Assembly (NCBI GenBank): GCA_026387455.1
Contig: JAPLLR010000014.1
Span: 5,052 to 69,051 of the forward strand
Length of the DNA stretch: 64,000 nt
Origin: Candidatus Omnitrophota bacterium
GTDB taxonomy: Bacteria; Omnitrophota; Gorgyraeia; Gygaellales; Profunditerraquicolaceae
Reading direction: 5' to 3'
Shown: one piece after another, positions 50,235 to 61,825 of the stretch
How the letters are laid out: every line of letters begins with the position of its first letter
How positions within the stretch are numbered: position 1 is the first letter of the stretch
Notes under the pieces: generated by a model
The model's database searches: none
Told to the model about the DNA's origin: nothing
Seen by the model: the letters and a program-made list of their open reading frames with translations, nothing else
Position numbers and translations under genes: made by a program

Positions 50235-52667
50235 ATGTACACACGTAATGAAAAAATAATTCGGGTCAATATTGAAGAAGAAGTAAAGGATTCATATCTG
50301 AATTACGCGATGAGCGTAATCGTCGGCCGCGCCCTTCCGGATGTGCGCGACGGGCTTAAGCCTGTGCATCGCAGGATCCTCTATGCTATGCAGGAGCTAG
50401 GTCTGGAGCATCACAAGCCTTACAAAAAGTGCGCGCGTATCGTCGGTGAAACCATGGGTAAATACCATCCGCATGGCGATGTGGCTATATATGACACCAT
50501 GGTAAGAATGGCGCAGGATTTTTCCCTGCGCTATCCTTTAGTTGACGGGCAGGGAAACTTTGGCTCAGTTGACGGAGACGCCGCGGCAGCCATGCGTTAC
50601 ACCGAGGCGCGTCTGGCCGGTATTTCCGATGAAATGCTCGGGGATATCGATAAGGAAACTGTTAACTTCGGCCCCAATTTCGATTCTTCCTTAAAAGAAC
50701 CGCTTTTATTACCCGCGGCGCTTCCTAATCTTTTGGTTAACGGCTCAAGCGGTATTGCTGTAGGCATGGCCACCAATATTCCGCCGCATAACCTTAATGA
50801 AGTTGCGGACGCCATAATTTATCTTTTGGATAATGTCAACGCCGAGATCAAGGACTTAACGCGTTATATTAAGGGCCCGGATTTTCCCACGGGTGGCGTG
50901 ATCTGTGGAAAAGGCGGGATCAAAGAGGCCTATGAGACCGGAAGGGGTAAGGTGACCGTCCGCGCTCGGGCAACGATTGAGCGCCAAAAGGGCGGTAAAG
51001 ATTTGATTGTGATCAATGAGATCCCCTATCAGGTGCAAAAGGCCGCGCTTATCGAAGCTATCGCCGGCTTGGTGGATGACAAAAAGATAGAGGGAATTTC
51101 CGATATCCGCGATGAGTCGGATAAGGACGGTATGCGCATTGTGGTAGAGCTTAAGCGCGATACCGAATCTCAGATTGTTTTGAACCAGCTTTTTAAACAC
51201 ACCCAGCTGGAAGGCACCTTTGGCATTATTATGCTGGCTTTGGTAGAGAACCGGCCGCGGGTTTTGAATCTGCGCCAGATATTGGACGCATATATCGCGC
51301 ATCGCAAGGTAATCATCCGGCGCAGGACTCAGTTTGATCTGGACAAGGCCCTAAGAAGAGCGCATATTCTGGAAGGTTTAAAGATCGCGGTTAAATTCAT
51401 CGATCGCATCATCAAGGTGATTAAGACTTCCAAGAGCGTAGAAGCGGCTAAAGTCAACCTAATCAAGGAGTTTGATTTCTCCGAGATCCAGGCTCAGGCG
51501 ATCCTGGAAATGCAGCTGCAGCGCCTGACTGCTCTGGAACAGGATAAGCTCGAGGCAGAGTACGCTGAGCTGATGAAGAAGATAGACCTATGCCGGGCGA
51601 TTTTGGCTTCAGAGAAAAAGATCGAAGGCATTATCAAGGAAGAGCTGGAAAACTTAAAGAAAAAATACGGTGATGAGCGCCGCACTGATATTGTAGGCGA
51701 AGTGCAGGAGCTGGAAGTAGAGGATTTGATCGCCGAAGAAGATGTAGTGGTGACTATCAGCCATGGCGGCTACATCAAGCGCTTGCCGGTCAGCTCCTAT
51801 CGCAAGCAAAAGCGCGGCGGCAAGGGCGCAACCGGTGCTGAGGTAAAAGAAGAGGATTTCATAGAGCACCTATTTGTGGCTTCCACCAAGGACCACCTTT
51901 TGATATTTACCGATAAAGGCCAGGTATACTGGCTTAAGGTTTATGAGATCCCGCAGGCAGGACGCACCTCTAAAGGCAAGGCGATTATCAACTCGATTCA
52001 GATTGAAAGTTCTGTTAAGGTAAGTTCAACTATCCCGGTCAAAGAATTCACCGGAGACAAATATTTGGTGATGGTCACTAAGCTTGGCCTGATTAAGAAG
52101 ACAAAGCTGGAGGCTTACGGAAATCCCCGCAAAGGCGGGATTATAGGTATTACCCTTGAAAAGGATGACGCGCTTATTGGAGTCGAGATGACTGATGGCA
52201 AGCAGGAGTTGCTTATCGGCACTCGCCTGGGCAAGGCTATTCGCTTCTCCGAGGAAAAAGTGCGCGATATGGGCCGCGGGGCAAAAGGTGTGCGCGCGGT
52301 GTCCTTAGGGAAAAAAGACCAGGTAATTGATATGGTGGTTGCGCAAAAGGGTAGCGAAGTGCTGACGGTCACTTCGTTGGGATTTGCCAAGCGCACTACT
52401 ATCGACGAATACAGGTTGACTTCCCGCGGTGGAAAAGGCGTGACCAATATCAAGATCACCGATAAAAACGGCGAGGCAGTGAATATCAAGGCGGTCAATG
52501 ACAACGACGAGCTGATGGTGATCACTCAGAATGGCGCATTCTTACGCTGCGCAGTCAAGGATATCCGGGAGACCGGAAGGTCTGCGCAGGGTGTGCGTCT
52601 GATTAAGCTGCAGGATAAGGATCGCGTCTCTTGTATAGCGCCGGTAATTGCCGAGGAAGAAGAATAA
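50235..52667 (+). CDS. gyrA: DNA gyrase subunit A
   Basis: The active-site region ([11 protein letters not shown]) and the C-terminal beta-pinwheel repeats are present. 810 aa. Confidence 0.9.
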   Translation: MYTRNEKIIRVNIEEEVKDSYLNYAMSVIVGRALPDVRDGLKPVHRRILYAMQELGLEHHKPYKKCARIVGETMGKYHPHGDVAIYDTMVRMAQDFSLRYPLVDGQGNFGSVDGDAAAAMRYTEARLAGISDEMLGDIDKETVNFGPNFDSSLKEPLLLPAALPNLLVNGSSGIAVGMATNIPPHNLNEVADAIIYLLDNVNAEIKDLTRYIKGPDFPTGGVICGKGGIKEAYETGRGKVTVRARATIERQKGGKDLIVINEIPYQVQKAALIEAIAGLVDDKKIEGISDIRDESDKDGMRIVVELKRDTESQIVLNQLFKHTQLEGTFGIIMLALVENRPRVLNLRQILDAYIAHRKVIIRRRTQFDLDKALRRAHILEGLKIAVKFIDRIIKVIKTSKSVEAAKVNLIKEFDFSEIQAQAILEMQLQRLTALEQDKLEAEYAELMKKIDLCRAILASEKKIEGIIKEELENLKKKYGDERRTDIVGEVQELEVEDLIAEEDVVVTISHGGYIKRLPVSSYRKQKRGGKGATGAEVKEEDFIEHLFVASTKDHLLIFTDKGQVYWLKVYEIPQAGRTSKGKAIINSIQIESSVKVSSTIPVKEFTGDKYLVMVTKLGLIKKTKLEAYGNPRKGGIIGITLEKDDALIGVEMTDGKQELLIGTRLGKAIRFSEEKVRDMGRGAKGVRAVSLGKKDQVIDMVVAQKGSEVLTVTSLGFAKRTTIDEYRLTSRGGKGVTNIKITDKNGEAVNIKAVNDNDELMVITQNGAFLRCAVKDIRETGRSAQGVRLIKLQDKDRVSCIAPVIAEEEE

Positions 52668-52673
52668 ATTTCT

Positions 52674-52747
52674 GACCCTATCGTCTAGCCTGGTCAGGAC
52701 AAGAGCTTTTCAAGCTCTCGACACGGGTTCGAATCCCGTTAGGGTCA
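52674..52747 (+). tRNA. tRNA-Glu (anticodon TTC)
   Basis: The acceptor stem is GACCCTA/TAGGGTC, the T-arm is GGTTCGAATCC, and the anticodon loop is TTTTCAA. Confidence 0.8.
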
Positions 52748-52863
52748 TAGATTTGCCTGAAATTTCTTCAGGCAAATCCATGCCGTCGAGTATGGCAAAA
52801 TTATCGAAGAGAATTTTGTCATACTCGGTGGAGTCTCGCTAAATAAAGGATTAAGGTGCTCGT

Positions 52864-54702
52864 ATGTGTGGTATCATCGGCTACGTCGGTGAAAAGAACG
52901 CCCAGACCATTCTTTTTAATGGCCTGAAGCGTTTGGAATATCGCGGTTACGACTCAAGCGGCATAGCGGTTATCCATCCGCTCAAAAATCTCCCCTCGAT
53001 CAGAAAAGCTGCCGGCAAGATTGGCGCTTTAGAAAAGCTTCTTAAAGCCAAGCCTCTCGCTGGTTCAGTAGGTATTGCCCACACTCGCTGGGCTACGCAC
53101 GGTGAGCCTAATCAGTTCAACGCCCATCCCCATGCCGATTGCAAAAATGAGATCGCTATCGTGCATAACGGGATCATTGAAAATTACGAAATACTTAAGC
53201 ACCAGCTGATCAAGGAAGGCCATATTTTCCGCAGCCACACTGACACTGAAGTCATCGTCCATTTAATTGAGAAATTCTACAAAGATATCCCTCTTGAAGA
53301 AGCGGTGCGTAAAACGGTTAAGTTTCTGGTAGGTTCTTTCGCCCTCGGGGTGATCGCTAAAAAAGAGCCAAATAAGCTGGTAGGTGTGCGCCTGGGCAGC
53401 CCTTTGATCGTTGCCCTTGGAAACAAAGAAAACTTTATTGCTTCAGATGTCCCGGCGGTACTGGAATATACTAATGAGGTGATATTCCTCGAGGAAAATG
53501 AGTTGGCGGTGCTGACCAAAGAAACCTGTCATATATCTGACCTTAAAGGAAAGCCAATCAACCGCAAGCCTACGCGTATTAATTGGAGCATTGCTCAGGC
53601 TCAGAAAAACGGTTACAAGCACTTCATGCTTAAAGAGATTAACGAGCAGCCGGGGGTCATTGAAAATCTTTTGACCTCTCGTATTCAGAAAGGCACCAAC
53701 CGAATAAGCTTTGAAGAGCAGGGTGTTCCGGAGGATAAGCTCAAAGGTATAAAAAATATTTTCATTGTGGCATGTGGTACGGCATATCACGCCGGGCTGG
53801 TGGGTAAATATATTCTGGAAAATGTCTGCGCGATTCCTACTTCGATCGATGTCTCAAGCGAATTTCGCTATCGTGACTTGTTGATTAATAAGGATACTTT
53901 GGTGATTGCGGTAAGCCAGTCAGGGGAGACTGCGGATACCTTAGCTGGCGTGCGCGAGGCGCGTAAGCGCGGGGCGTCGGTGATCTCTATTTGCAATGTT
54001 TTAGGCTCTACCTTAACCCGTGAATCTGACGGTGTGATTTACACCCATGCCGGGCCGGAAATTGGAGTAGCTTCCACCAAGGCCTACACTGCCCAGCAGG
54101 TAGCGTTTTATCTCTTCTCACTATATTTAGCCGAAATACGTAACTCCTTATCCCAGGAGAAGATAAATAAATATATTGAGGGCTTAAGACAGATTCCTAA
54201 GTTTCAGGAACGCTTGCTGAAAGAGCAGGATAAAATCGGAGCTCTTGCCCGTAGGCATTCGCATTTTGGATCATTCCTTTTCCTGGGCCGTAACATCAAT
54301 TATCCCTCTGCTCTGGAAGGCGCGCTTAAATTAAAGGAAATATCTTATATCCCGGCAGAAGGTTATCCTGCTGGTGAGATGAAGCATGGGCCGATTGCTT
54401 TGATCGACGAATACCGAGCAGTGGTTTGTGTGGCTGTGCAGTCCAAGATTTACGACAAGGTAACTTCCAATATCCAGGAGATCCATTCCCGTCGGGGAAG
54501 AATTATTGTCATTGCCTCCGAAGGGGATAAGGAGATCAAAGAGCTGACTAAAGAAGTTATCTATGTTCCCAGAACCGAAGAATTTTTTTCACCCCTGATA
54601 GTTGCTCTTCCTTTGCAGCTGTTGGCGTATCACATCGCTCTCAAGCGCGGATGTGATGTGGACCAGCCGCGGAATCTGGCTAAGTCGGTTACTGTAGAGT
54701 AA
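52864..54702 (+). CDS. glmS: glutamine--fructose-6-phosphate aminotransferase
   Basis: The N-terminal MCGIIGY and two SIS domains are present. 612 aa. Confidence 0.95.
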   Translation: MCGIIGYVGEKNAQTILFNGLKRLEYRGYDSSGIAVIHPLKNLPSIRKAAGKIGALEKLLKAKPLAGSVGIAHTRWATHGEPNQFNAHPHADCKNEIAIVHNGIIENYEILKHQLIKEGHIFRSHTDTEVIVHLIEKFYKDIPLEEAVRKTVKFLVGSFALGVIAKKEPNKLVGVRLGSPLIVALGNKENFIASDVPAVLEYTNEVIFLEENELAVLTKETCHISDLKGKPINRKPTRINWSIAQAQKNGYKHFMLKEINEQPGVIENLLTSRIQKGTNRISFEEQGVPEDKLKGIKNIFIVACGTAYHAGLVGKYILENVCAIPTSIDVSSEFRYRDLLINKDTLVIAVSQSGETADTLAGVREARKRGASVISICNVLGSTLTRESDGVIYTHAGPEIGVASTKAYTAQQVAFYLFSLYLAEIRNSLSQEKINKYIEGLRQIPKFQERLLKEQDKIGALARRHSHFGSFLFLGRNINYPSALEGALKLKEISYIPAEGYPAGEMKHGPIALIDEYRAVVCVAVQSKIYDKVTSNIQEIHSRRGRIIVIASEGDKEIKELTKEVIYVPRTEEFFSPLIVALPLQLLAYHIALKRGCDVDQPRNLAKSVTVE

Positions 54703-55355
54703 TGCTCTACATCGTCGCAACACCAATAGGTAATCTCAAAGATATAACTTTTCGCGCCGTAGAGGTCCTTAAGTCTGTCGACGCAATAGCCTGCGAAGAT
54801 ACCCGCCACACCAAAATCCTTCTCAACCATTACGGAATAAAAACTCCGACCACTAGTTTTTTCCAGCACAATAGATTTATCAAAGCCGAATATTTAATCA
54901 ACCTTTTGAAAGCGGGTAAGAATATCGCGCTAGTTTCTGACGCGGGAATGCCGGGCATACTTGATCCCGGATACAATCTCATCAATACTGCGATAGAAAA
55001 TAAAATCGAGGTTACGGTTATACCAGGGGCAACTGCATTCATTAACGCGCTTGTTTTGTCGGGAAAGCCGGCGCACGAATTTCATTTCATCGGATTTCTG
55101 CCTAATAAAAAAATCGCGCGGAAAAATAAATTACGTAAAATTTCAAAATTAAAATGCACAATAGTTTTTTATGAATCTTGCCATAGGATAATCTCTTGCC
55201 TTGAAGACATTCAGGAAATTTTTGGAGAAAAAGAAATTGTTTTAGCCCGCGAGCTGACTAAGAAGTTTGAAGAGGTTTTGCGGGGGAGCGCAGAATTAAT
55301 TCTAAAAAAATTTCAGGATTCCCCTCCCCGCGGAGAATTTGTAGCCATTATTTAG
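54702..55355 (+). CDS. rsmI: 16S rRNA (cytidine1402-2'-O)-methyltransferase
   Basis: Tetrapyrrole-methylase fold (MLYIVATPIGNLKDIT). It is short at 217 aa. Confidence 0.8.
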   Translation: MLYIVATPIGNLKDITFRAVEVLKSVDAIACEDTRHTKILLNHYGIKTPTTSFFQHNRFIKAEYLINLLKAGKNIALVSDAGMPGILDPGYNLINTAIENKIEVTVIPGATAFINALVLSGKPAHEFHFIGFLPNKKIARKNKLRKISKLKCTIVFYESCHRIISCLEDIQEIFGEKEIVLARELTKKFEEVLRGSAELILKKFQDSPPRGEFVAII

Positions 55356-55569
55356 CCTGTCAGTTTGGACAAATGCTACCTTATAATTGTCCAATCTTAT
55401 GAATTTTACCCTTATTCCTTCCTAACTTCTCCTAACTACTGCTTTTGCAACCGCTTTCCTAAGCCCCTGGAATAGTCTTGAAGTTCCCTACCCATAAGGC
55501 ATACTCTATATGTATTGGCTGATAGACTTATAATCAAATAACAAGCTAAATCAAAAACCTAAGGAAGCG

Positions 55570-58500
55570 ATGTCTTCAAAGCCACGGAAGATATTTAAAT
55601 TAATTTCTATATTTTTGTGTCTATCTTTATTCCTTCAGCAATCCGGGTTTGCCCAAGTTGCCGGTGAGCTGAATATCGCAGGACACATCGCCTCACTTCG
55701 CAATTCTCTTACGCAGGATAAATTCCGGCCGCTGCATTTACGCTTCCTTTCTTACAATCCGCAGGAAAATAATTTTCGGTTATTGTTAGATAAGGGAAAT
55801 TTTAAAAATCCAAATAATTCTGAAATCGAGGATGCCTCAAAAATAATTTTGAAATATTTTTTCATCGGCATCTCTTTACCCAATGATTCCTTCTGGGTGA
55901 ACCTGCGCCCGGATTCGCCGGATAATATCATTGATGAGGATCTGGCTAAAACCGATATCGGTAAGGTATTTCTGGAATCGGACTTACAATTGAAGAAAGA
56001 TACAGCTAAGGCCACTTCTCCGGAAACTCCTGAAGGCCGAGAATATTGGAATAAGCTATATCAGAAAGCAGGAGAGCTTTTTGGTGCAAGTAATATTACT
56101 ATCCCTACGCTTACCCGGCCCTGGATAGTTCCCGGTGAAATCATCATCCGCGAAACAGGTGACTCTGCCTACATTTATAAAGCTACGCTTAAAGTTATGC
56201 TGGAGCAGGATTATCTTAAAAACGATGCCGTATATAACTTTAAAGACGAAAAACTAAAACAGCTTAATGAATATGCATCGCAACTCGTGCGCGAATTAAT
56301 TATCCCTAAGCTTACCAAAGAGATCAATACTTCTAAAAGATACGCCTCGCTAAGACAGGTTTACTATTCCCTCATTATGGCTCATTGGTTTAAGAGCAGA
56401 TTTTCCGGGAAATCCGGCCTTTATGCTTCGCTCATCGATAGGCGTAACTTAAACGGTCTTAACAGTTTAATTCCCTGTTCCAAAGAAAACTATTTTAAAG
56501 AATACCAAAAGTCCTTTAAAGAAGGGGAGTATAACATTCAGGAGTCTATTCAGACGCCCTTTGGGCAGACAATTAGAAGTTATTTTTCCGGTGGGATTGA
56601 GGTGGGAGGGGTTGGGGTTTCGAAAGCGATCGTTAATGGAGCAAGGGTTACGTCTACCAGAGAAGCTCCGGCAAAAACTTTTAACGTGAGAGAGGTGTTT
56701 GGTCGATCTACCTCAGCAGCGCCGTATTCAATAGAGGCAAAAGCAGGGCCAGAAAATGTATCCGCCCCCGAAGCGAGCGCAGTCCTAAGCAAATCAGGGG
56801 GTGTTGGTAAGGTTACTATTCGCGCTGATGAGCGAGAGGAAGCGCGATTTGCCACTTTAAACGAAGCGTTTGTTCATGTCCGAGAGAGGATTAAAGAAAC
56901 CGATCGTCCCGTGATACTCTTGTTTTCCGGAAAGTCTAATACGGGGAAAAGTACACTGCTTAGTGCGATTCTACGGCCTGAAGAACGCCAAAGAACCAAA
57001 GAGCTGTATGAGTATGATGTCGGAATCTTGGGTTTAAAACCGCAGGATGTCTTAGGCATAAGAGACCGCGATTTCTGGGCATATTTTGAGAGGACTAAAA
57101 GAGGAGAAGAGACTCCTTCCGAAATCTATGAAGCATTATATCCTTATTTACAGGCACTAATAGGAGACAAAGATTTATTGAAGGGCATGACCGAAGGGAA
57201 ATACCTCAGTTATTTTGTTAATGAGCACCTGCCGCAATTGCTGCAAAGTCAAAATAAGAGCGTGGTTATCTGGGATGAAGCTTTTGCTGAAGGTAGATTT
57301 GCATTGGCTAGAAGGTATATTCCGCAAACCAAGACCCCGTTTACTGTTATCAGCCTGACCATAGAAGAAGGCCAGGGGGGCGTCGGCCGTTCGGCAAGAG
57401 TGAGTTCTTGGGAATGGGGAAGGCAAGAAGCTGCTCTCGTCTCCGCCCCCGCTGCCTCTTCGGCGATGGGAATTATACCTGTAGGCGAGTCTGAGCAAAA
57501 GGTAACCCAAGGTAATGATTATGGTACAGAGTTTGATACGCTTATGAAAGAAGAGCTTGAAAAAGAAATAAAATCCCAGAAAGGTTTTTCCCCATTTCAG
57601 GTACAAAGAGCCGAGGAGATCGATATTAGGAATGTCTATATTGTGGATTATGCTCCTGCTGGAGGCCGAGTATACCGTGCAGAGTCTTCAGGGAGCGATA
57701 ACTTTCTTATCTTTGCCGACAAAAACGAAAATGTTATTGCTGTTGCCGTAGATAGCGGAGGAGAGAATAGTTTTGGTATTTCGCGAATTGGCGGTAGGGA
57801 TATGCAGACCGGATATACCATGCTTGAAGAGGAGAGCCGAGCAGTAATTGCTAAGAAATTTGTAGAATATAAAACCGTAGAGGCCAGAATAAAAGATAGG
57901 AGCGAGGAATTCGGTTCTATGGTTAGGGAGCCCAAGATCGCCAAGATGTTCCTTCCGTTGATAAATCCTTATTTTAGCATAGAAGACCTTAGAAATTATT
58001 TTATAGAAAACTCAGTCATTAGAAATCTTGTAAGGCATTTAGGGGCAGAAGCAATTCTTACCTTTCAAAGAGATATACTGTTTGAATACAAGCTTAAACG
58101 GGCAAGCGGGATTTCAAGCAGCGGGCATACGGCTTATAGCCTACAGTATTATCGGATGAGGGATAAAGACTCTCTGCCGCACATTGAATCAGTCGCTCAC
58201 GAATTCACCCATGAAATATTTAGAAGATTAGATAAATTAGACACTTCCGCAAGAATTGATCTCGCCAAATATTTTTTTGATAATCGCAAAAGCCTAGAAG
58301 CCGTTATAAGAAGCAGTCCGCTATATAAGGATAGAATCAGAGATGCCATTTTGACCGAAATGCTTGCTTATATAGTGGGAAATCTTGCTAGAGGCAATCT
58401 GATGGTCACAGTTGGCAGCGGTATTGATGAAATCCAAAAGAGCGACGTAGCGATTTTATTAAAGCACAAATTATTACCAGCTGAGTTTGAAGGTTTGTTT

Positions 58501-61173
58501 TCTGATGGCATAGCAGGGATAAAGCCAGGCGAACGTATATACACAGAAGATTTAGCCAGGGTTTCTCCTCAGGCAAGAGAGATATTGCAAAGAACAAGGC
58601 CAACAGGAAACGCATCGGGTCGGGAAACCGTTCCTCCCGCCGTGCAATCCGACCTTGGCGCGCAGGTGGCTAATGCCAGGAACCTTCAGGTGCTGATGCG
58701 GTATTTGGGTCGCTATGTTGTGGAGACAGGGCAGCTCGGGCCAGCGCGTTTAAGCGCTAGATTTTCCAGCGAAGCGGAATTTATGAATGGGGTGATTGCG
58801 CAGCTTGACAATTTGGTAAGCGAGCAGGAGGATGCCTTCGGCAACAAAATTGTGATCATTAACGAATCGCAGGTGCGGAAAGGCGATTTTGCTTATGAGA
58901 TGATTCAGACTATTCGCTCTCGGCTCATCCGTCCGCAGGAAGGAGTCAAGGCAGTGAACTTCTTCGCTTCGGACGGTAAATGGACAGTGCTGATGTTTAG
59001 CCAGGAAGCCCGGGACCCCGCTAACTTAAGACACGAACAAAGGGAGATCGCTTTGCGTAAGCTAGGCCTTAGCTGGCGTTCAGCGCACGAATTAGTAGAG
59101 GCTGGTCGGGATAGTTTTGTCGAAGGAAACTTAAACAGCCAGGAAAAGCAGGAAATTACTGACAAGCTCGGGCAGCTGAAAGCAATCCTCCAAGATAGCA
59201 GCATCCCGCAGGCAAAGCGCGATCTTCTCTTCCGCGTCATTACCGATGATGCCGCTTTATTGACGATACTCGGCCTTAAGCCGGTTACAGTTCAAATCAA
59301 CGGATCTGGCTTTGCAAGCACTAACGCAGCCGATCTTAATGAGATTTTGCAAAAAGTGAACAGTCTTTTGACAATACGGCGCCTGGAAATTGACGGTAAG
59401 AACGTTGGATTGTTATTTGTGGATTGCCTTAAGGCCGGGATGATACTTGGTGATAATAATTCGGGTTCAGTTGTGGCTCATGTAGAAGATTTGGTCATAG
59501 GAGGCCGCAGTACAGATTTGCTTACCCTTGACCGCAGTTCTGAAATAAAGGGATTTTTGCATGGCATACCCGCAACTGAAGCGCGGGAAGACCTTCAAAG
59601 AGGGGGAAGGACTTTAATAACAGTGTTCAGTCCGCTTTCCGGAAGGCAGGCATTTGGATGGTCAGCGCTTGATCCACAAAGCCAAGATAATAACCGTGCC
59701 TTTGGCCGTTATCAAGAGGCCTACATCATTGCCGGAAGAGTTTTAGGTAACGCTTTATTGGAGGAATACCGCAGGTCCTGGCGAGAAGATGTCGGCGCTC
59801 AGGAAGAGCCCGGAGCTTTTACTGATGTTCCCGACGGAATCTATCTTGCAGAAACACTGACAACTACGTCCAGGTCTCCAGATGATATCTCGCGGGAAAT
59901 TACCGCTGTAATGAATGAGAGTTTTAATCTGGGCTTTTCAGATGCCGAAGTCGATCAGCAGAAGGTAGCTTATTCTAACCTAACTAAGAGTAATTTTGGG
60001 GGGTCGCGTACTATATTGGCGGCAGTGAGGGGCGGGAGAATGGTTGGCGCTCTGAATGCCTTTGAGCGCTCCGGAGGAAAAAGCTGGCACATAGCCAGTC
60101 TGGGGGTGAAGCCAGGAGATCAGCGGGGTAGTGTAGGCACAGGACTAGCGGACCAATTTATTAAGGGCCTAATTATTTCTACCGAAGCGCGTGAGTTTGA
60201 TATTGAAGTATCTCCTGCAGCGATCGATTTCTGGGAGAGATATTTTGTGAAGAGAGGTATTGATTCCTCAGAGCGTAGGTCGGACTGGTGGCTTGAAGCT
60301 AAGCCGCCATATACCGACGCGCGCGGCCATAAATTTTTTACCGTAACCATTAATACAAAGATTGCTGCGACTCAGTCGGAGCCACTCGAATCCGCAATCG
60401 CCGATATGGTCAAGAGTAAAAAAGGCGAAGTAGTGGTTACAGCGGATAACGGGGAAAGATTTGTGTTCCGGTATTCCCATGCTGGCTCCAATGAGGAAAT
60501 CGGTTGGCGGGAAAGTAGGTATAAGGTAGAGGTGTTTTCTGAGGGTCGGACAAACCCCGTAGGGTTTGTACATTTTTCTGTTCATGAACCAACAGAAAGA
60601 TTGTTGGAGCGGGATTCATGGAGAAAAACTTTTGCCCTGGTATCTTTGTCTTTTAAGGGGGAAGGCGACAATAATGCCATCTTTGTGGAGAATAATTACC
60701 GTGAATCCGGTATCGGCACGTCTCTTATGGGTTTTGCTATGCGCTTGGCAATACAGATGGGCGCAGAAAAATTTGAAGCGCAGCCGGTAATAAATGATGG
60801 GTTTTTTAAGAGTCTAGGTTTTAATTATCTAGGAAAAGATTTGCACGAAGACAACGCTTATGATTTTCGGTTTAACAAAGGAAAAGAGCTTCCGCAGATA
60901 GCGATTCATTTTCAGAAAGCAAATTCTGATGCAAAAGGTAGAACCGGTGGCATTGATTTCCGCGCACTCCCGATTACCATACAGCCGCCGATTCTTCCAC
61001 AGGGGCTGCCCCCATCAGGGCTATCCTCTGGCTTATCAAAGGGGGCTGTCCCCGGATTCGCGTTAAAGCAATTGCTTGTTCTTCTGGAGTCGGATAAGCC
61101 GGCCGTAGAATTAAAGCTGGCGCTAAGCGGTATTGAGGTTACATCAAAGGAACCATTACTGGTTACACCGTAA
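55570..61173 (+). CDS. giant secreted multidomain protein with a signal peptide, a P-loop NTPase-like region, an HExxH motif, two GNAT-like acetyltransferase domains and a Pro-rich C-terminal tail
   Basis: A single 1867-aa ORF with an AAGGAAG RBS. The signal peptide is MSSKPRKIFKLISIFLCLSLFLQQSGFAQ. Walker A lies at aa 452-461 (GKSNTGKST) and Walker B-like at about 565 (VVIWDE). HEFTH lies at aa 877-881. GNAT motif A/B-like segments lie at about 1515-1560 (QRGSVGTGL...FWERYFVKRG) and about 1708-1752 (YRESGIGTSL...FFKSLGF). Confidence 0.7.
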   Translation: MSSKPRKIFKLISIFLCLSLFLQQSGFAQVAGELNIAGHIASLRNSLTQDKFRPLHLRFLSYNPQENNFRLLLDKGNFKNPNNSEIEDASKIILKYFFIGISLPNDSFWVNLRPDSPDNIIDEDLAKTDIGKVFLESDLQLKKDTAKATSPETPEGREYWNKLYQKAGELFGASNITIPTLTRPWIVPGEIIIRETGDSAYIYKATLKVMLEQDYLKNDAVYNFKDEKLKQLNEYASQLVRELIIPKLTKEINTSKRYASLRQVYYSLIMAHWFKSRFSGKSGLYASLIDRRNLNGLNSLIPCSKENYFKEYQKSFKEGEYNIQESIQTPFGQTIRSYFSGGIEVGGVGVSKAIVNGARVTSTREAPAKTFNVREVFGRSTSAAPYSIEAKAGPENVSAPEASAVLSKSGGVGKVTIRADEREEARFATLNEAFVHVRERIKETDRPVILLFSGKSNTGKSTLLSAILRPEERQRTKELYEYDVGILGLKPQDVLGIRDRDFWAYFERTKRGEETPSEIYEALYPYLQALIGDKDLLKGMTEGKYLSYFVNEHLPQLLQSQNKSVVIWDEAFAEGRFALARRYIPQTKTPFTVISLTIEEGQGGVGRSARVSSWEWGRQEAALVSAPAASSAMGIIPVGESEQKVTQGNDYGTEFDTLMKEELEKEIKSQKGFSPFQVQRAEEIDIRNVYIVDYAPAGGRVYRAESSGSDNFLIFADKNENVIAVAVDSGGENSFGISRIGGRDMQTGYTMLEEESRAVIAKKFVEYKTVEARIKDRSEEFGSMVREPKIAKMFLPLINPYFSIEDLRNYFIENSVIRNLVRHLGAEAILTFQRDILFEYKLKRASGISSSGHTAYSLQYYRMRDKDSLPHIESVAHEFTHEIFRRLDKLDTSARIDLAKYFFDNRKSLEAVIRSSPLYKDRIRDAILTEMLAYIVGNLARGNLMVTVGSGIDEIQKSDVAILLKHKLLPAEFEGLFSDGIAGIKPGERIYTEDLARVSPQAREILQRTRPTGNASGRETVPPAVQSDLGAQVANARNLQVLMRYLGRYVVETGQLGPARLSARFSSEAEFMNGVIAQLDNLVSEQEDAFGNKIVIINESQVRKGDFAYEMIQTIRSRLIRPQEGVKAVNFFASDGKWTVLMFSQEARDPANLRHEQREIALRKLGLSWRSAHELVEAGRDSFVEGNLNSQEKQEITDKLGQLKAILQDSSIPQAKRDLLFRVITDDAALLTILGLKPVTVQINGSGFASTNAADLNEILQKVNSLLTIRRLEIDGKNVGLLFVDCLKAGMILGDNNSGSVVAHVEDLVIGGRSTDLLTLDRSSEIKGFLHGIPATEAREDLQRGGRTLITVFSPLSGRQAFGWSALDPQSQDNNRAFGRYQEAYIIAGRVLGNALLEEYRRSWREDVGAQEEPGAFTDVPDGIYLAETLTTTSRSPDDISREITAVMNESFNLGFSDAEVDQQKVAYSNLTKSNFGGSRTILAAVRGGRMVGALNAFERSGGKSWHIASLGVKPGDQRGSVGTGLADQFIKGLIISTEAREFDIEVSPAAIDFWERYFVKRGIDSSERRSDWWLEAKPPYTDARGHKFFTVTINTKIAATQSEPLESAIADMVKSKKGEVVVTADNGERFVFRYSHAGSNEEIGWRESRYKVEVFSEGRTNPVGFVHFSVHEPTERLLERDSWRKTFALVSLSFKGEGDNNAIFVENNYRESGIGTSLMGFAMRLAIQMGAEKFEAQPVINDGFFKSLGFNYLGKDLHEDNAYDFRFNKGKELPQIAIHFQKANSDAKGRTGGIDFRALPITIQPPILPQGLPPSGLSSGLSKGAVPGFALKQLLVLLESDKPAVELKLALSGIEVTSKEPLLVTP

Positions 61174-61270
61174 AAATCTGGATTTAACAAAATAGGGGCG
61201 TCCTTCCTGAATAGGTTTATCAGCCAATAAATCCTCGTTCAGGCGCCCCTTTTTGTTTGTCAACTTTGCC

Positions 61271-61299
61271 TTGACATCAACCGGATTCGATGGTATATT
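61271..61299 (+). promoter_or_regulatory. sigma70-type promoter of the pyr operon
   Basis: TTGACA is followed by a 17-nt spacer and then TATATT. Confidence 0.5.
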
Positions 61300-61322
61300 T
61301 ACACTAACAATTTAACCTTTAA

Positions 61323-61418
61323 GGCCAGCCCAGAGAGGCTGGCAAGGTGAGGAAATGAATCACGCTAAAGTAAAACATAACCGGTCCTTAGCAATAAAAC
61401 AGCTAAGGACCTTTTTTT
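61323..61418 (+). promoter_or_regulatory. PyrR-type transcription attenuator, made of a binding loop and an intrinsic terminator
   Basis: GGCCAGCCCAGAGAGGCUGGCAAGG matches the PyrR binding-loop consensus (UCCAGAGAGGCU...AAGG). It is followed by the hairpin GGUCCUUAGC...GCUAAGGACC and then UUUUUUU, directly upstream of pyrR. Confidence 0.7.

Positions 61419-61824
<406 letters not shown>

Positions 61825-61825
<1 letters not shown>

Noticed and set aside
52748-52863. Hairpins between tRNA-Glu and glmS examined as a possible glmS ribozyme
   Set aside because: Two inverted repeats are present, but I could not find the conserved glmS ribozyme core. This is more likely a tRNA terminator and a simple leader hairpin.
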